Assembly: GCA_035545935.1 (NCBI GenBank)
Contig: DASZXP010000227.1
Span: 655-64,654, forward strand
DNA from: Puia sp.
GTDB taxonomy: Bacteria; Bacteroidota; Bacteroidia; Chitinophagales; Chitinophagaceae
Direction of reading: 5' to 3'
DNA length: 64,000 nucleotides
Below, piece by piece: positions 63,729-64,000 of this stretch. A program made the translations under genes and the position numbers. The notes beneath the pieces are model-generated. The model was not told where the DNA came from, did no database searches, and saw only the letters and a program-made list of their open reading frames with translations. How positions within the stretch are numbered: position 1 is the first letter of the stretch; every line of letters begins with the position of its first letter.

Positions 63729-64000
63729 ATGCCTTGATGAACTCCAATGCTACATGGATACGGACCTCGTCGCTGACGACAAGACTGCCCGTTTCCGTTA
63801 CGGCATGGAATTGCAGACCGTACTCTTTACGGTTGATCTTGCCGCTGACGGTGATACCCGCGCGGGTATTGCCCCAGGGATCCTTTATCACGCCGCCAAA
63901 TTCGGCATCCAGCTTCACCTGCCTGGTGACATCCCGTATAGTAAGATCGCCATACACTTCATAGGAGCCGTCGTTATCCACATTCTCATACCTGGTGGCG
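63727..64000 (-). CDS. YceI family protein, 3' part (5' end beyond the window)
   Basis: GDLTIRDVT..V.L...FGG..KDPWGN.RAG...SG.INRKEYGL; the frame is open to the window edge. Confidence 0.9.
   Translation of the reverse strand, partial: ATRYENVDNDGSYEVYGDLTIRDVTRQVKLDAEFGGVIKDPWGNTRAGITVSGKINRKEYGLQFHAVTETGSLVVSDEVRIHVALEFIKA

Overview
Bacterial chromosomal window from a member of the Bacteroidota. The phylum call rests on TAnnTTTG -7 promoters, AT-rich SD-less start regions, a T9SS plug-type gene, an archaeal/eukaryote-type ProRS and a type II IDH; Chitinophagaceae is only my inference. About 60 protein genes plus the SRP RNA. Most are housekeeping or envelope genes: secDF 5' end, aspC, coaE-yajC-nusB, groESL, proS, truB, a TamL/BamA-family protein, a LolE-like permease, tal/fsa, icd, mntH-mntR, glgP, FKBP, an ABC-F and an RlmK-like methylase. 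Three accessory blocks stand out: (i) an RDD/SpoIIM/DUF4129/DUF4350/MoxR/DUF58 operon of unknown function; (ii) a ~17.6 kb assimilatory nitrate/nitrite reduction and molybdenum-cofactor cluster (26.9-44.5 kb) with a Cys-rich Crp/Fnr regulator, a porin, a degenerate NiR/SiR-rubredoxin fusion and an Rdx protein; (iii) a lipoprotein truncated haemoglobin pair upstream of groES. No transposase, prophage, CRISPR array, tRNA or rRNA was seen. The most interesting unannotated signals are a ~111-codon ORF with a hydrophobic N-terminus, a Cys motif and a C-terminal IFQPPR, upstream of a thioredoxin-like lipoprotein (candidate metal/redox-sensing ribosome-arrest leader), and a modular family of intergenic palindromes with compensatory stem changes (about 11 short copies plus three longer mosaics). 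Also notable are several promoters placed 4-5 nt before ATG (leaderless candidates), tandem MntR-type operators and an SPFH protein with a vault-like repeat architecture. All product names come from motif recognition by eye; no database search was run.
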